Shown here piece after piece: positions 17,426-20,000 of a DNA stretch of 20,000 bases. The stretch lies in the sequence record DRR723986_4137; one strand, given 5' to 3'. Numbering within the stretch: the stretch's first letter is position 1; each line of letters begins with the position of its first letter. Position numbers and translations under genes: made by a program. The notes beneath the pieces are model-generated. The model saw nothing but the letters and a program-made list of their open reading frames with translations. It did no database searches and had not been told where the DNA came from.

Positions 17426-17837
17426 CAGATTGTTCCCTGTATCTTTTCAAGGTGTCTTCGAAGCTCGGCAACGGTTGCCACTGAAGCATCGTCACGGCAC
17501 GTTTGCCTAAGTTGGATGGATCCGATTAATCTTCGACGCTGCTGGTGATTATCGCAAGCAGTCTATTTACTTGAGCAGCAGTGGGAGCTGCACGCGTAGC
17601 GGAATGCGTGAATGCCCGGGAGCGAATGCAGGTCTACGAGGGACAAGCCGCCCCGTGCCGCCCCTTAAAATGATGGCATTTTGGCAGTATGATCTAGGCC
17701 GCCCAATTTGGCGGACTCGTAACAGCTTCTTCGCAATCGCGGGATGTCTCCGGCGAAGTTACGCGTGAGCCTGGCCAGTACGACTCGCCAAACCTTAACC
17801 ACGAATTCGAATTCCCAGCACCTGTTCAGGAGTTTCC

Positions 17838-18644
17838 ATGAGCCTTTTCGATCTTTCCGGCGATGTAGCTGTTGTGATTGGCGGAACTGGTGGCTTGGGC
17901 GGAGCGATGGCAGATGCCCTGGCTGCTGCGGGGGCCAAAGTGGCGGTTGTGGGCCGGAGTGCTGAAAGAGGCGCGGTGCGTGTGGATGCAATTAAAGCCG
18001 CTGGCGGTGAAGCGATTTTCCAGGCGGCGGATGTGCTCGATACGAGTTCCTTGGAAGCTGCCAGAGATGCGATCCACGCGAAAGTGGGAACAACGACAGT
18101 GTTGATCAATGCCGCTGGTGGGAATCACCCGAAAGCGACTTTGCCGCCCGGCAGCGACTTCTGCAAGCTGCCGACCGACGCGTGGCAGACCGTGTTTGAT
18201 CTCAACTTAGTAGGCGGCTCCTTGTTGCCAAGCCAAGTCTTCGGCGGTGCGATGGTAGAAGCCGGAAAGGGAAGCATCGTCAACATTGCTTCCATGTCTG
18301 GCATGATTCCTCTCTCACGCGTCGTGGCCTACTCGGCGGCGAAAGCTGCGGTCATCAATCTGACTCAGTTCCTGGCGCGTGAATGGGCTACTACGGGCGT
18401 TCGCGTCAATGCGATCAGTCCTGGGTTCTTCCCCGCCGAGCAGAATCGAGCGCTTCTTTACAACGAAGACGGCTCACTATCGGAACGCGGCAGTCAGATC
18501 ATTGGGCATACTCCGATGGCTCGATTTGGAAAGCCTGAAGAATTGGGCGGAGCTGTTTGCTGGCTTGCCGCCGAGGCCGCTTCCTCGTTTGTCACAGGAC
18601 AAAACATCGTCGTCGACGGCGGTTTCTCGTCGGTCACAATTTAG
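17838..18644 (+). CDS. uxuB: SDR family oxidoreductase, D-mannonate oxidoreductase (UxuB)-like
   Basis: It has the GGTGGLG Rossmann motif, LINAAGGNHPKAT, catalytic YSAAK and PGFFPAEQNRALL...HTPMARFG, as in SDR-type mannonate oxidoreductases. It is adjacent to a KDG kinase-like gene. Confidence 0.75.
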   Translation: MSLFDLSGDVAVVIGGTGGLGGAMADALAAAGAKVAVVGRSAERGAVRVDAIKAAGGEAIFQAADVLDTSSLEAARDAIHAKVGTTTVLINAAGGNHPKATLPPGSDFCKLPTDAWQTVFDLNLVGGSLLPSQVFGGAMVEAGKGSIVNIASMSGMIPLSRVVAYSAAKAAVINLTQFLAREWATTGVRVNAISPGFFPAEQNRALLYNEDGSLSERGSQIIGHTPMARFGKPEELGGAVCWLAAEAASSFVTGQNIVVDGGFSSVTI

Positions 18645-18714
18645 TGCGTCGAATACCGAACTAGGCTGCGAATACCAAACACACACCTTCAGATTAATAG
18701 AAAGTTACTTGATC

Positions 18715-19794
18715 ATGGCAAAACTGAACATCAAACAAGACGCTGAACTGGATTTCCTTTCACTTGGTTCCATGGTGCACCGGCTCGATCCGGGAACCGT
18801 GCCGTTTCGAAAGTCTCGGGCGTTTGATGTTCACGTCTCCGGTGGCGAATACAACGTTGCGGCCAATTTGAGCGATTGCTTTGGTCTGAACACTGGCGTC
18901 TGCACCGCAATGGTGGACTACGGCGTTGGTGAAATCGTGCAGCGTTGCATCCGCGAAACTGGCGTGAAGCCATTTTTCAAGTGGTTTGAACACGATGGGG
19001 TCCGCGGGCCGAACATTGCAACCGTCTATAGCGACCGCGGCGCTGGCGTTCGTGCTCCAGTGGTCTTCTACAATCGTGCCAACGAAGCTGGAGCAATGCT
19101 CAAGCCAGGCGATTTCGATTGGGACAAGATTTTCGCCGACGGCGTCAAGTGGTTCCACTCGGGCGGTATCTTCGCAGCACTTTCGCCGACTACGAGTGAA
19201 TTGATCGTCGAAGGAATGCAGGCGGCCCAGGCTGCAGGCACGATCACTTCGTTTGACCTGAACTACCGCGCCAAGCTTTGGAAGACGATTGGTAGCGAAG
19301 AGAAGGGGCAAGAGATGTGCCGCAAGATCGCTTCGAACTGCGACGTGCTAATCGGCAACGAAGAAGACCTTCAAAAGGGGCTTGGAATCGAAGGGCAAGA
19401 CGTCGAGAAGGCTTCGAAGCTGGATCCTGAGGCGTTCTTTGGAATGATCGAGCGAGTCACTGATAAATTCCCAAATGTGAAACTGGTTGCAACCACGCTG
19501 CGTGAAGTGCAAACGACCAATCGTCACGAGTGGGGCGCTGTCGTTTGGTACGACGGCGAACGCTACGTCAGTCCTACGATGAATCTGGATGTCATCTGTC
19601 GAATCGGCGGTGGCGACGGATTCGCGTCGGGGCTCATCTACGGAATGATCGCTGGCAAGGAGCCTGAGCAAGCGTTGCGTTTGGGCTGGGCACACGGTGG
19701 CTTGCTAACGACATTCACCGGGGATACTTCGATGGCCAAGCTGCCCGAAGTCGAAGCGCTTGCCTCTGGTGGTTCAGCTCGCGTTCAACGCTAG
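18715..19794 (+). CDS. kdgK: PfkB family sugar kinase, 2-dehydro-3-deoxygluconokinase-like
   Basis: It has SGGEYNVAANL, WFHSGGIFAALS, SFDLNYRAKLW, GNEED, ATTLRE and RIGGGDGFASG. The real start is taken as ATG 18715 (MAKLNIK), because the ORF-track extension to 18379 overlaps the SDR gene. Confidence 0.8.
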   Translation: MAKLNIKQDAELDFLSLGSMVHRLDPGTVPFRKSRAFDVHVSGGEYNVAANLSDCFGLNTGVCTAMVDYGVGEIVQRCIRETGVKPFFKWFEHDGVRGPNIATVYSDRGAGVRAPVVFYNRANEAGAMLKPGDFDWDKIFADGVKWFHSGGIFAALSPTTSELIVEGMQAAQAAGTITSFDLNYRAKLWKTIGSEEKGQEMCRKIASNCDVLIGNEEDLQKGLGIEGQDVEKASKLDPEAFFGMIERVTDKFPNVKLVATTLREVQTTNRHEWGAVVWYDGERYVSPTMNLDVICRIGGGDGFASGLIYGMIAGKEPEQALRLGWAHGGLLTTFTGDTSMAKLPEVEALASGGSARVQR

Positions 19795-19834
19795 AGCAAA
19801 ACGATCGAACTGGCCAAGCGGCCATGAATTCTTG

Positions 19835-19870
19835 AAGAAAGCCCTGCGTTTATCGTGGGGCTTTTTTCTT
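19835..19870 (+). terminator. Intrinsic (Rho-independent) terminator, possibly bidirectional
   Basis: AAGAAA-GCCCTGCG-tttat-CGTGGGGC-TTTTTTCTT forms an 8-bp stem with two G-U pairs followed by a U tract, about 45 nt after the kinase stop. Confidence 0.8.
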
Positions 19871-19923
19871 GCTTGCCCAGCGAAGCTGGCAAGCCCTGTC
19901 GGTGCTTGTCGCCGACCAAGCCT

Positions 19924-19955
19924 GATTCGCAAGGAGCTAATTCCGATTCGCAAGG
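19924..19955. repeat. 11-bp direct repeat GATTCGCAAGG x2
   Basis: Exact copies at 19924-19934 and 19945-19955 (21-bp period). Confidence 0.7.
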
Positions 19956-20000
19956 GCATTTAAGATCGTCGCTCAACTCTCCCGCACGCAAGTACATTTA

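Noticed and set aside
17426-17837. 412-bp divergent intergenic region as a riboswitch, sRNA or small gene
   Set aside because: There is no recognisable RNA motif, and the short ORFs lack convincing starts or protein-like features.
18379-18714. 112-aa N-terminal extension of the sugar kinase in the ORF track
   Set aside because: It overlaps the SDR gene in another frame and has no recognisable motif. Kinase-like sequence starts at ATG 18715.
19960-20000. Possible 3' end of a minus-strand gene (...NVLACGRVERRS-stop)
   Set aside because: There is too little sequence inside the window to support it.

Overview
This is a gene-dense bacterial window, most likely from Planctomycetota (Pirellulaceae-like). 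That placement is inferred from a DUF1559/H-X9-DG-type protein, exosortase-U-like proteins and an ECF/anti-sigma pair. Bases 1-9300 form a cell-envelope locus with three exosortase(-U)-like paralogs (the first is truncated by the window edge). Two are each followed by a membrane-anchored TPR protein. The third lies downstream of an ECF sigma factor and an unusual fusion of an anti-sigma domain with a DUF1559-like domain. Both complete paralogs have non-canonical catalytic triads by manual alignment: one keeps Cys but has His and Arg at each other's positions, and the other has lost Cys and His but keeps Asn-x-x-Arg. A GAAC-N17-CGTCTA ECF-type promoter points into the third paralog. The rest of the window is more ordinary: a TetR-MFP-RND efflux operon, an FMN-binding glutamate synthase family gene, a RidA family gene and a hexuronate catabolism pair (UxuB-like SDR and KdgK-like kinase) ending in an intrinsic terminator. 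No rRNA, tRNA, CRISPR array or mobile element was seen. All family assignments come from motif recognition by eye, not from database searches.
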